A stretch of 64,000 nucleotides of DNA, from assembly GCA_029261035.1 (NCBI GenBank), contig JAJDCD010000025.1, forward strand, positions 130,926 to 194,925. The letters are read 5' to 3'. Positions 36,540 to 45,999 of the stretch are shown in pieces. The position numbers and the translations under genes are program-made. How positions within the stretch are numbered: the first letter of the stretch is position 1; every line of letters begins with the position of its first letter. The notes beneath the pieces were generated by a model. It was not told the origin of the DNA. It was given only the letters and a program-made list of their open reading frames with translations, and did no database searches. This DNA comes from Candidatus Omnitrophota bacterium. GTDB taxonomy: Bacteria > Omnitrophota > Omnitrophia > Omnitrophales > JACROU01.

Positions 36540-38394
36540 GATAAGAAGTTCTAGAAATAAAAATCTTTAAAATAATTCCAACAAAAACAATAGTTAAGCC
36601 AAAAAAGAACCACACAACCCAACGTTGAACTGTTTCTACTTGATTAGAGGTGTCTCCAATAATAAATCCATGCACTTTCCCCATAAAACGTCTAATCGGA
36701 GAGGGTCTCTTCTTTGAGGTTTCAACCACAAACATACTATTCTCTCTATCAGGCACCAAAACCAAAGCTTGTCCATCTGGAGCTAATTTCCACCTTTCAT
36801 CCAAAGGTTCATAGTTCTCATTTAATAAAAAGGATCTTAACCATTCATTTTTCATTTTAACCTTCAACATTCGAGCGTTCCCATCCAGGGTCACCATTTT
36901 CTCGGTAGGTTTAAAAATTTCATACTGATCTAGCCCTGTAAATACTGTATGTTCATCTCCCAACACAACTCCGGGAACTTGCCTCAAATCAAAGGGGGAA
37001 TACCCTAAATCCTTAAGCCCTTTAATCACCTGCATCAGGTATTTAGGTTTAAAATAAGGATGATAAAAAAACCCAACCAAACTATCTCTAACGATACTAT
37101 AAGGTTTAGCATTTTGTATTTTCTTATCAGGATCTTCACCTTGCTCTAAACTCACGTAACCCAAATTTTCTGTGAGCAACGTAAAACCATAAATGTCTTT
37201 TGTCAGATAAGGAACCGATTGCGTTATTGTATAGGACTCATTCGAAACTTGTCGCTGCTCTACTGCTATGGAAAAATACTGGGATATAATTGAAAGAGAT
37301 CGCTCGCCTGCTGCATAGTGAGGCGTTTCCCAAGCAACAGGATACAACCCAAGACTGGCTAATTCCCTAATTCCTTTTCTCATTTTTTCATGAATTATTT
37401 GTTCGGTGTATTCTTCTATAGGTCGATCATTGGGGACATCCCAAAACTCATAACCTTCCCCCGACTCATTTTTCCATTGATGTGTATATCCATGTAAAAG
37501 AATAGCCCCTCCCATCGAAGCACAATCTTTAAGTACTTTCACTAAGTGAGGCCGTTCTTTCATATAAACAATTTTTTTTCCAGGTTGCTTGTAAACCGGA
37601 GTTACTGCCATCATAAATGGAACAGACTCCTCATAAAGTTCTTCACAAATATTTCTAAGCCTTGAGGGCTCTCGCATGGGATGAATATCCTCTAGACGAA
37701 CAAAGAAATGAGAGGAAATTTTATGGGGTTGCTGAAAAATTTCATGAAGAATATCAGCAAAGACAAGATTGGAAACACCGTAATAAATAGAATCTGACAC
37801 AAACCACAAGTTTCTAGCATGAATTGCAAAAGGAGCAAAACCAGAATCACTCAAAAATATTCCGTAAGTCTTTATATTTTTTCGATCCAATATTTCGGCC
37901 ACAAGAACCTGCTCATTATCTACTCTAGAGTACACTTGCTTATTATACGTAATGCTATTAAAACCTCCCGATTGGGAAAGAATTCGGAATTTAAAAGCTT
38001 CAGGATGCCTTTCTAGTAATTGTTGAATATTCCATCTCAGCCAAACAACACTCGTGGTAGGATATTTAGGAATATCATCAAGAAAAGCCTCTGGAATTTT
38101 ATTTTCCTTAAGGTTTCCAATATAGAAGACAACATCATAACGTTTAAGGAGTCCTGGAACATATTTATCTATAGGCACTCGCGCAATTTTGGGGTTAAAG
38201 TGACCAATCAAATTGGTGAGCATGATCGGCTCGACTGGAATTTTTAGTACGTTTTGATCAAACTGTTTAATGGGAGTGTCATGATACAGAATCAAAACAC
38301 GTGGAGCAGGCTCTTCTGTATGACCCACCATTGGAAAAAGAAAAGCACTAAGAAGAACAGAACCCGCTATAGCCCAAATACTAATCCGCATCAT
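36499..38394 (-). CDS. Periplasmic polysaccharide-deacetylase-like (DUF2334-type) protein with C-terminal TM
   Basis: Signal peptide. Region HFFVRLEDIHP...LLHGYTHQ resembles the deacetylase/DUF2334 fold. C-terminal membrane anchor. Confidence 0.35.
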   Translation of the reverse strand: MMRISIWAIAGSVLLSAFLFPMVGHTEEPAPRVLILYHDTPIKQFDQNVLKIPVEPIMLTNLIGHFNPKIARVPIDKYVPGLLKRYDVVFYIGNLKENKIPEAFLDDIPKYPTTSVVWLRWNIQQLLERHPEAFKFRILSQSGGFNSITYNKQVYSRVDNEQVLVAEILDRKNIKTYGIFLSDSGFAPFAIHARNLWFVSDSIYYGVSNLVFADILHEIFQQPHKISSHFFVRLEDIHPMREPSRLRNICEELYEESVPFMMAVTPVYKQPGKKIVYMKERPHLVKVLKDCASMGGAILLHGYTHQWKNESGEGYEFWDVPNDRPIEEYTEQIIHEKMRKGIRELASLGLYPVAWETPHYAAGERSLSIISQYFSIAVEQRQVSNESYTITQSVPYLTKDIYGFTLLTENLGYVSLEQGEDPDKKIQNAKPYSIVRDSLVGFFYHPYFKPKYLMQVIKGLKDLGYSPFDLRQVPGVVLGDEHTVFTGLDQYEIFKPTEKMVTLDGNARMLKVKMKNEWLRSFLLNENYEPLDERWKLAPDGQALVLVPDRENSMFVVETSKKRPSPIRRFMGKVHGFIIGDTSNQVETVQRWVVWFFFGLTIVFVGIILKIFISRTSYHESHFRKKHKDKE

Positions 38395-38412
38395 TATCCA
38401 AAGCTCCTTCTT

Positions 38413-39369
38413 CTAAGCATCAAGCTTATTTACGCCCAATTGTCCTCCTGATTTTAGGAGTCCTATGGTCTTCTTAATCTCTTTTTCACTTTCTTTAACT
38501 ATTTTTTGATGTCCCTTACCCAAGCTTTCTAAATCCTTAATAACGGCCTCCATCAACTTTTCAGGCAATCTACCTGTTTCAGGGTAATTAGCGACCCCTG
38601 CAATCAAATCAATATCCGCTCTTAATTTACGACCTCGATAATCGATTTGAACTTTTAATAGATTTTTTCTAATCCTCTCTAAGACAACGTCTGTTTCTGC
38701 GCGAGAAGTATCCGGCAAAATAAGCCCATAAAGTGAAACGCCTAATTTTGCTTTCTTATCTATATCCCGAGTACTTCGGCAAATAGATTCCGATAATTTT
38801 TTAGAAGCTTCAATGGATGCATCAATCCCCATGAGCCGCTGAAGATTATCTAAATTTCCAATTTGTAATAAGAGCAAAGTAAAATTTGCTAAAGAACGTT
38901 TAGACCGAGAACACTCCTCTTTTAAATCTTCCTGAAAAGTAACCTCATTCCCAACCATTCCCAATTGTCCAGATCGAAGCAATGATTCTAGTTGCCTAGA
39001 ATATTTTTTGAATAATTTCTCAACAAAAATAACACCATCACCCAGATACCCTCCTACGATAGCGCCTATTGGTATTAAAAAAAGCCAAACCATATCTTTT
39101 GTGGTTAAACCAAAACGAAGCTCAAGAACATAAGCCTGGAAGAAGTAATTACCTCCGTAAACGATCACACCCACTAATGAAGCAATGAGACCAAGGGTAA
39201 TTCCAAAGAAAACGGAAGCGATGATAACCGCGTATAGAATAAATACACACAAATAATCATCTGATGTCACTCTATTAGATAAAAGAACAAACTGCGTAAC
39301 CAACATAGAAAACAGCATCAACCCTGACACTACATATTTAATTTTTCTCGCATTAGATTGAATCATAAA
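38413..39369 (-). CDS. Membrane protein with degenerate GGDEF domain retaining the I-site (PelD-like c-di-GMP receptor candidate)
   Basis: 4 N-terminal TM helices, then a C-terminal GGDEF fold with RDID-KKAKL-GVSLY in place of RxxD-x5-GGDEF. The start is taken at MIQSNARK. The track ORF extends to 39459 and overlaps the upstream gene. Confidence 0.55.
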   Translation of the reverse strand, partial: FMIQSNARKIKYVVSGLMLFSMLVTQFVLLSNRVTSDDYLCVFILYAVIIASVFFGITLGLIASLVGVIVYGGNYFFQAYVLELRFGLTTKDMVWLFLIPIGAIVGGYLGDGVIFVEKLFKKYSRQLESLLRSGQLGMVGNEVTFQEDLKEECSRSKRSLANFTLLLLQIGNLDNLQRLMGIDASIEASKKLSESICRSTRDIDKKAKLGVSLYGLILPDTSRAETDVVLERIRKNLLKVQIDYRGRKLRADIDLIAGVANYPETGRLPEKLMEAVIKDLESLGKGHQKIVKESEKEIKKTIGLLKSGGQLGVNKLDA

Positions 39370-40487
39370 TTCTTCAATTTCCTCTCTAAAACATAGGTTA
39401 AAAGTACCTGCAAATGATCGAAAGAATGTCCACCCAACCCCACATAAGAACCTTCCCACAAAGATCCATTTTGAGTTTGAGATAGTATATTTACTCTATC
39501 TATAACAATATCATACAATTCTGACTCTTGCACCAGCACACATAAACGTCCTATAAGCGCGTAAACGACAATGCTTTCATAAGAGACCAACGCCTCTCCT
39601 GTAGAAGGCTCATACATCCCAAAGATCTTACCATCCTGAGCCCATTTTGACTTAATCACCTGTATAAAATTATTTACCGAAAAACCTTTTTCAGCCAAAT
39701 GAATAGCACAAATAACCTGATTAATAAAGTTCTTCTCAAAATCAAAATAAGTTTCTGTTTTCGTATTATAGCGATCATAAAAAAACCCAGATTTATGGGT
39801 TCCTTTAAGAAGAACTTCTAAAGATTTTTCGTAAATAGCTTTCCAATCGGAATCAATTTTAGACAATAAAAACATGCTTTCTAAATCCAAATAAGACAAA
39901 TCAATAACTAGCTCTCCGCTCTCATCTCCATCGTACATGGGTTGATGGAGCAAATATCCTTTATATTGAGCCTCATTTTTCATCGAATCAGCAAGTCTCA
40001 TTGCAGTTTCTCTATATTGTTTTTTACTCCACTTATCTTCCGCTTCTAGCAACGCTCGTACTGTTCTTAAATCATCAATGGTTGCTCCATAAGGATGAGG
40101 GATGGCTTCACCCTTCTCATCGATCTCAATCCTCCATGACAAGGAGTCATTTTTTAATAAAAAGTACTGCTGAATAATTTCTAATTGCTCATCAAATTCT
40201 TTTTCTAAATTTAATAATTCTAAAATCCAAAGCCACATACTTACTGTTTCGGACAAAGACTCACGAACATAATCTTCACGATAAGGAATTTTATCTGCTT
40301 TTATGGGATAAGTTTCTATCAGTCCAATCTCATTCGTGAGTTGAGTTCGAACATAATCCAAAGCTTCTTGAACCCCTCTATCCTCCGGATAACTTTTTAT
40401 AGATCCCTTAAATACGAAATAAGAAACTGCTATAACGAATAATGAAATACATAAAACCTTTATAGAAATAACGGCTTTTTTAGCCAT
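39363..40487 (-). CDS. Membrane-anchored glycoside hydrolase family 8-like (BcsZ-like endoglucanase candidate)
   Basis: N-terminal TM. LSETVSMWLWIL and ATIDDLRTVRALLEA resemble the GH8 catalytic Glu and Asp regions. Confidence 0.45.
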   Translation of the reverse strand: MAKKAVISIKVLCISLFVIAVSYFVFKGSIKSYPEDRGVQEALDYVRTQLTNEIGLIETYPIKADKIPYREDYVRESLSETVSMWLWILELLNLEKEFDEQLEIIQQYFLLKNDSLSWRIEIDEKGEAIPHPYGATIDDLRTVRALLEAEDKWSKKQYRETAMRLADSMKNEAQYKGYLLHQPMYDGDESGELVIDLSYLDLESMFLLSKIDSDWKAIYEKSLEVLLKGTHKSGFFYDRYNTKTETYFDFEKNFINQVICAIHLAEKGFSVNNFIQVIKSKWAQDGKIFGMYEPSTGEALVSYESIVVYALIGRLCVLVQESELYDIVIDRVNILSQTQNGSLWEGSYVGLGGHSFDHLQVLLTYVLERKLKNL

Positions 40488-40644
40488 AAACCAACCCTTT
40501 TATACAAAATTAGACATACTCTTAATTATTACGTATCGACATAAAGAAGGGTTATCTAAAGCCTAAGAAAAAGAACAGAAAAGCACCTTCTGTCTTCATT
40601 CAAATTAAGGTACAATTAGTACATAGACTACAAGGAGATCTATT

Positions 40645-42198
40645 ATGGCAGAACCCTTTGATCCAGACAAAATGCAAAAAGAGCTTATGGAGCAACTTAA
40701 GAAAATGATGGAGCAACAAGATCCTCCCCTTAAACCAGAAGAAGAAAAAGAACGTGAAAAAACAGACGAAGATGGAAAGGACTCCAAAAGACAAAAAGTT
40801 TTGGAATTTAACTTAAAACCCAAAGATGTAAAAAAACACCTCGATCGTTTTGTCATTAAACAAGACGAAGCAAAAAAAGTATTAGCAACTGCTGTCTGCG
40901 ATCACTATAACCACGTCAAACTCCTGGCTCAAGGAGAAACAGACAGAAACTACATGAAACAAAATATTATTATATTAGGCCCTACCGGCGTTGGAAAAAC
41001 TTATCTTATTAAACATTTAGCAGATCTTATTGGTGTCCCCTTTATTAAAGCAGATGCAACGAAATTCAGCGAAACGGGTTATGTCGGCGGCGATGTCGAA
41101 GACCTTGTCAGAGACCTAGTACAAAAAGCAGAAGGTGACATGGAACTTGCTCAGTACGGCATGATCTATTTAGATGAAGTAGACAAAATAGCTACACCAA
41201 CTAGCACAACAGGCCGAGATGTTAGTGGCAGCGGCGTCCAAAGAGGTCTTTTAAAAATCATGGAAGACACCGATGTTCCTCTAAGAAGTTCTATGGACAT
41301 CCAATCTCAAATTCAAGGAATGATGGAGTTTCAAAAAAAAGGAAAAGTAACTAAACCTACTATCAATACTAAGAATATCTTATTTATCGTGAGTGGTGCT
41401 TTTAGTGAGTTAACTCCTATTATTCAGAAACGATTAAAACAGTCTCAAATCGGATTCAAAATAGATACTGATCACTCAGATATAAAAGAAAAAGAAATCT
41501 TCAACCAAGCTGAAACCAAAGATTTTATCGACTTTGGATTTGAACCTGAATTTATTGGAAGACTCCCTGTCAGAGTTATCTGTGACTCCCTCACAGAAGA
41601 AGACTTATACACAATTCTTAACTCTTCTGAAGAATCTATACTCAAACAATATATAAGTGCCTTTAAAGCATATAACATTAAAATGAAAGTTAAAGACGAA
41701 GCTCTATGGGAAATCGCAAAAGTTGCTGCAAAAGAAAAAACAGGTGCCCGAGGTCTTTTTACTGTATTTGAAAAGACGTTTCGTCATTTAAAATACGAAC
41801 TTCCGTCAACACATATTAAGGAGTTTCAATTTACTCCTCAAATGGTACTAACTCCTAGCGAAGAGACAAAAGAATTACTAAAAGAAGAAAGAAAACAAAA
41901 ATTAAAAGAAATAGAAAAAGAAGTTTGCCAATTTGAAGAAGCTTTTGAAGAAAAAAATTCTATTCAAATCCAATTTGATTCTAAAGCATTGAAATGCTTA
42001 CAAGAAAAAATTATAGAGCAAGACGAAGATACTCTTTCTTACTTAGAAAAACTTCTTTCCAACTACGCTTACGGATTAAGTCTCATCCAACAAAAAAAAG
42101 GCACTAAAAAATTCACAATCACTAAAGATATAATCAACAAGCCCAATGTTGTTTTAGATCAATGGATCAAAGAAACATTCAAATCAGATAAAAAGTAA
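40645..42198 (+). CDS. ClpX-like AAA+ unfoldase lacking the N-terminal zinc-binding domain
   Basis: Walker A GPTGVGKT, GYVG pore loop, IGF loop and RDVSGSGVQRGLLKIMEDT align closely to ClpX. An acidic ~55-aa N-terminus replaces the C4 zinc finger. ~120-aa C-terminal extension. Confidence 0.75.
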   Translation: MAEPFDPDKMQKELMEQLKKMMEQQDPPLKPEEEKEREKTDEDGKDSKRQKVLEFNLKPKDVKKHLDRFVIKQDEAKKVLATAVCDHYNHVKLLAQGETDRNYMKQNIIILGPTGVGKTYLIKHLADLIGVPFIKADATKFSETGYVGGDVEDLVRDLVQKAEGDMELAQYGMIYLDEVDKIATPTSTTGRDVSGSGVQRGLLKIMEDTDVPLRSSMDIQSQIQGMMEFQKKGKVTKPTINTKNILFIVSGAFSELTPIIQKRLKQSQIGFKIDTDHSDIKEKEIFNQAETKDFIDFGFEPEFIGRLPVRVICDSLTEEDLYTILNSSEESILKQYISAFKAYNIKMKVKDEALWEIAKVAAKEKTGARGLFTVFEKTFRHLKYELPSTHIKEFQFTPQMVLTPSEETKELLKEERKQKLKEIEKEVCQFEEAFEEKNSIQIQFDSKALKCLQEKIIEQDEDTLSYLEKLLSNYAYGLSLIQQKKGTKKFTITKDIINKPNVVLDQWIKETFKSDKK

Positions 42199-42303
42199 CT
42201 GCCCATATTCTCGTTCAATAAGCACTGATTTTGACCCATCTTTAGAAGAATAGTACAAAATACATGTTTGTTTCATAAGGCTTTCTCTTGCATAAATCTT
42301 AAA

Positions 42304-42720
42304 TTACTGGCCAATGATTTTTACTAGCACTCTTTTTTTTCTTTGCCCATCAAACTCCGCATAAAAAATCTGTTCCCAAGGACCAAAGTCTAGCTCCCCT
42401 TTGGTAATAGCCACAACTACTTCTCTTCCAAATAACTGCCTTTTTATATGCGCATCTCCATTATCTTCACCTGTCTGATGATGTTGATATTTATCAATAT
42501 CATAAGGAGCTATATTTTCTAAAAATTCATCAAAGTCTTTAATTAATCCAGACTCATCGTCATTAATATACACACTCGCTGTAATATGCATTGCATTAAC
42601 AAGACACAATCCTTCTTGAACACCACTTTCATGAACCAAAGATTCAACTTCATGAGTTATATTAATATAATCTCTTTTTTTCTTAATATTGAACCATAAA
42701 TGCTTCGTTAATACCTTCAT
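42304..42720 (-). CDS. YjbQ/UPF0047 family protein
   Basis: 138 aa containing ...[22 protein letters not shown]...[16 protein letters not shown]. Confidence 0.65.
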   Translation of the reverse strand: MKVLTKHLWFNIKKKRDYINITHEVESLVHESGVQEGLCLVNAMHITASVYINDDESGLIKDFDEFLENIAPYDIDKYQHHQTGEDNGDAHIKRQLFGREVVVAITKGELDFGPWEQIFYAEFDGQRKKRVLVKIIGQ

Positions 42721-42813
42721 TAAATACTCCTATAATTAAGGGTGAGGAATAAAAAAAGAGGACATTCTAATGAAATAGAACATCCTCTTTTGATTAAATA
42801 ACAAAGAACGAAA

Positions 42814-43935
42814 TTAGGATACAGCTTCTGCTGTTTTTTGCGTTTCTTGACTTATAAAGTCGAGAGTCATTTGATAGGCTTGATCATCTGTAAATTGCTT
42901 GGGAGGGTGTTTCTTAAAATAAGCAGATGGGCCGTAAAGAATCCCTCCTTCACCTCTATCTAAAGCTAATTTACAGCATCGAATAGAATCAATAGCAACT
43001 CCAGCAGAGTTAGGAGAATCTTCTACAGAAAGGCGTAATTCAATATTCATAGGCACGTTACCAAATAGCTTACCTTCCATTCTTAAAAAACAAACCTTAT
43101 TGTCTTTTTGCCAAGGAACATAATCGCTAGGGCCAATATGAATATTTTTGCTTTCTAAACGCTCAGCACTCACAGATTGAACAGCTTCGGTTTTAGAGAT
43201 TTTTTTAGAATGGAGGCGCTTACGATTAAGCATATTCAAGAAATCGGTATTTCCACCTGTATTAATTTGATAGGTACGTTCTAATTTAACTCCTCTTTTC
43301 TTAAAGAAGTCTGTTAACAAACGATGTGTTAACGTCGCCCCAAATTGAGCTTTGATATCGTCGCCAATAATAGGAAGGTTTTTCAATCTAAATTTTTCAG
43401 CCCACTCAGGATTACTTGCAATAAAAACGGGTATGCAGTTAATCAAAGCTACTCCTGCTTCCAAAGCACATTCCGCATAAAACTCCGTTGCTTGCTGAGA
43501 TCCTACAGGAAGGTAATTAATTAAAACTTCTGCCCCTGTTTCCTTTAAGATTTTAACAACATCTTCTTTTTCTAACTCAAGCTCTTCTGAAAGAAGAAAT
43601 GTCTCATCTTCTTCATAATCTTTCATGTGTTTCGAAAAACCATCCAGAACCTTACCCATGGCCACTGTAACACCGCTCTCAGGAAGATCGTCACAAAAGA
43701 CGGTTGTACAATTAGGCTTTTCAAAAATTGCTTGATTTAACTCTTTCCCCACTTTTCTTTGGTCTATATCAAATGCAGCTACAACTTCTATATCAAAAGG
43801 TTTATAACCATTGATATCCCAATGCAAAAGACCAATTGCTTCTTCCTCGGTTTTGCTTTGATAATAATAAATTCCTTGAATTAGAGAACTAGCACAATTA
43901 CCAACACCTACTATAGCGATTTTTATTTTTCCCAT
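42814..43935 (-). CDS. Inositol-3-phosphate synthase (myo-inositol-1-phosphate synthase)
   Basis: NAD-binding N-terminus KIAIVGVGNCASSLIQG. Catalytic region NTGGNTDFLNM...HSKKISKTEAVQS matches the MIPS signature (NHLGNNDG...SKEISKS). Confidence 0.75.
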   Translation of the reverse strand: MGKIKIAIVGVGNCASSLIQGIYYYQSKTEEEAIGLLHWDINGYKPFDIEVVAAFDIDQRKVGKELNQAIFEKPNCTTVFCDDLPESGVTVAMGKVLDGFSKHMKDYEEDETFLLSEELELEKEDVVKILKETGAEVLINYLPVGSQQATEFYAECALEAGVALINCIPVFIASNPEWAEKFRLKNLPIIGDDIKAQFGATLTHRLLTDFFKKRGVKLERTYQINTGGNTDFLNMLNRKRLHSKKISKTEAVQSVSAERLESKNIHIGPSDYVPWQKDNKVCFLRMEGKLFGNVPMNIELRLSVEDSPNSAGVAIDSIRCCKLALDRGEGGILYGPSAYFKKHPPKQFTDDQAYQMTLDFISQETQKTAEAVS

Positions 43936-44215
43936 TTAAATAAAGCTCCTTAATCCATGAAAAATTTTGTGCCCCCAAACCTAAAAAAAATGAGATAAGA
44001 AAGCGAAGAATTGCTCCCCTACTGTAAAAGGTGCCCTAGTTTACATCATGTCTGTGGATAAATAAACAAGAAAATCCTGTTGTTTTTCAAAGCATAATTT
44101 TTGAGATATAAATTATTAAAAAAATGTAACTATATTAAAATAAACAAGTTACGATAGTAGTAATAATTAAAAAATCACTTAAATTAATCCAACCACACAG
44201 TTCCACAACATCGAT

Positions 44216-44722
44216 CTAAAGCTTGTTTCCAAAAAGAATCTCTAGATAAGATCTGTCCTCAATATCAGTCTCTTTTAACGACAGTTTTTTAAACCACTGA
44301 CGTATCGCGCTTTTACTTCCTTCTATCTCCAAAAACCAGCCTATTTTTTTAAGATAATCTAAAGTAATAAAGGCACCTTTTACTTTGTACTCTTCTCTAT
44401 GTTTAGAGTAGGAAAATCTCTTTGAATACCCTAATGTCCGCATCAACTCTTTAGCAAATCCATAGTCTATCTCCGTCTCAACTTCAAAACGTTTAACGGG
44501 TCTTTTAGTTAACCGACGTCCCTTAAGAGTTAACCAAGACTTATCCCCACATCGTCTTAAACGTAAAGCTATTTTTTTGTTTTTTAATTTATTCGAAAAA
44601 TCATAAAATTCATTATGCTCTTCTCCCGATCGAATTTTTTTTGCTTTAAACTCCTTCATTTTTTTCCTTATTAAAGTGGGGGAGCTAACTTTACACTTAA
44701 TCTCAATTTCATATTGCTTCAT
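44216..44722 (-). CDS. CYTH-domain protein (CyaB/thiamine-triphosphatase family)
   Basis: EIEIKCKV start, LRLRRCG, LTLKG, FEVETEI and WFLEIE motifs of the CYTH fold. Confidence 0.6.
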   Translation of the reverse strand: MKQYEIEIKCKVSSPTLIRKKMKEFKAKKIRSGEEHNEFYDFSNKLKNKKIALRLRRCGDKSWLTLKGRRLTKRPVKRFEVETEIDYGFAKELMRTLGYSKRFSYSKHREEYKVKGAFITLDYLKKIGWFLEIEGSKSAIRQWFKKLSLKETDIEDRSYLEILFGNKL

Positions 44723-45423
44723 ATCTCACCTCTTAAATATTTCATTCTCTTCTTTTCCGAAAAGCGTTCGATAGCATAACGCAACATCGTTCTAGGCATC
44801 TGCCTATAGTGTTTTTTTAAAAATATTTCTTCTTTATTTTGATCCTTCTTTCCAACCTCTCTCAACATCCAACCTACAGCTTTGTGAATTAAATCATGTT
44901 CATCTTTCAATAAAATTTTTGCAATACGTAATGTTTCTTGATAACGATTCTTTTGAATAAAATAGTAAGAAGCAACGATAGCCACCCTCTTTTTCCACAA
45001 ATCATCTGAAAGAGCCAACTTTGTCAAAATAGCTGTATCTTGATTAAAAAGATAAGCTCCAACAATTTTATGAGCTGTTAAATCCACCAAATCCCAATTG
45101 TTAATCCATCGCATTGATTTTAAATAGAATTCATATATTTTTTTCTTCTCTCCACAAGAACCTTCTTGGAATTGATTTACAAGGATTAGCAATGCCATCA
45201 ATCTTTCTTCATGAATTTTTGATTGCATCAATGAACTCAATTCTTTAAGACTTAAATAAGCAAAGCTCTTAGAGAGCTCCCTCACGTCTGGAACAGTCAC
45301 TCCAATAAACACGTCCCCTTCAGCGTATTCCCCAGGTCCCATTTTAAAAAAACGCATACTTTGCTTAGATCTTTTTAATGTTGCTCTTTTTCGAAGTTGT
45401 TTTTTAGCTAAACTTATAGACAT
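44719..45423 (-). CDS. DNA alkylation repair protein (AlkD/AlkC HEAT-like glycosylase family)
   Basis: FFKMGPGEYAEGDVFIGVTVPDVRELSK and a HEAT-like repeat architecture. Confidence 0.55.
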   Translation of the reverse strand: MSISLAKKQLRKRATLKRSKQSMRFFKMGPGEYAEGDVFIGVTVPDVRELSKSFAYLSLKELSSLMQSKIHEERLMALLILVNQFQEGSCGEKKKIYEFYLKSMRWINNWDLVDLTAHKIVGAYLFNQDTAILTKLALSDDLWKKRVAIVASYYFIQKNRYQETLRIAKILLKDEHDLIHKAVGWMLREVGKKDQNKEEIFLKKHYRQMPRTMLRYAIERFSEKKRMKYLRGEI

Positions 45424-45526
45424 TTATCTCTCCTTAAAAAGGATATATTAGCAATATTTTAGTTAAGATTTAATAAAAAATAATCGACAATAGATAATAG
45501 TATCTATTTAACAATGGAGGAACAGT

Positions 45527-45979
45527 ATGTTTAAAGCCATTATGAAAACAAATGATAATGATTTTACGAGTTTAATTTTACGTCTCTCCCTTGGGGTCGT
45601 TATGTTCCCACACGGGGCTCAAAAAGCTGTTGGTTGGTATGGTGGAAACGGTTTCGAAGCAACGATGAATTTTTTCACAACACAACTCAGCATCCCTCCT
45701 TATTTAGCAGTTCTTGTTATAGCAGCTGAGTTTCTCGGAGCACTAGGATTAATTGTAGGCTTCTTATCTCGAATTGCCGCCTTAGGTATAGGAATAACGA
45801 TGACTGTAGCAGCTCTCATGTTTCATGCTCAACATGGCTTTTTTATGAATTGGTTTGGAAATCAAAAAGGCGAAGGAATTGAATATCATATCTTAGCCGC
45901 TGCTATATCTTTAGCCATCGTTATTCGTGGGTCTGGTTTTGGATCTTTAGACTCTATATTTTCTAAAAACAATCGTTAA
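45527..45979 (+). CDS. DoxX-family membrane protein
   Basis: 150 aa with 4 TM helices. The MFPHGAQKAVGWYG pattern fits DoxX. Confidence 0.55.
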   Translation: MFKAIMKTNDNDFTSLILRLSLGVVMFPHGAQKAVGWYGGNGFEATMNFFTTQLSIPPYLAVLVIAAEFLGALGLIVGFLSRIAALGIGITMTVAALMFHAQHGFFMNWFGNQKGEGIEYHILAAAISLAIVIRGSGFGSLDSIFSKNNR

Positions 45980-45999
45980 TTGCTTCCAGGGAGTTGATA

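Noticed and set aside
9375-40487. Thirty-one kb of uninterrupted minus-strand genes as a possible horizontally acquired island
   Set aside because: The content is core housekeeping (nuo, mgtE, cdaA, nfu) with uniform AT-richness and no integrase, tRNA or direct-repeat boundaries. Leading-strand co-orientation is the simpler explanation.
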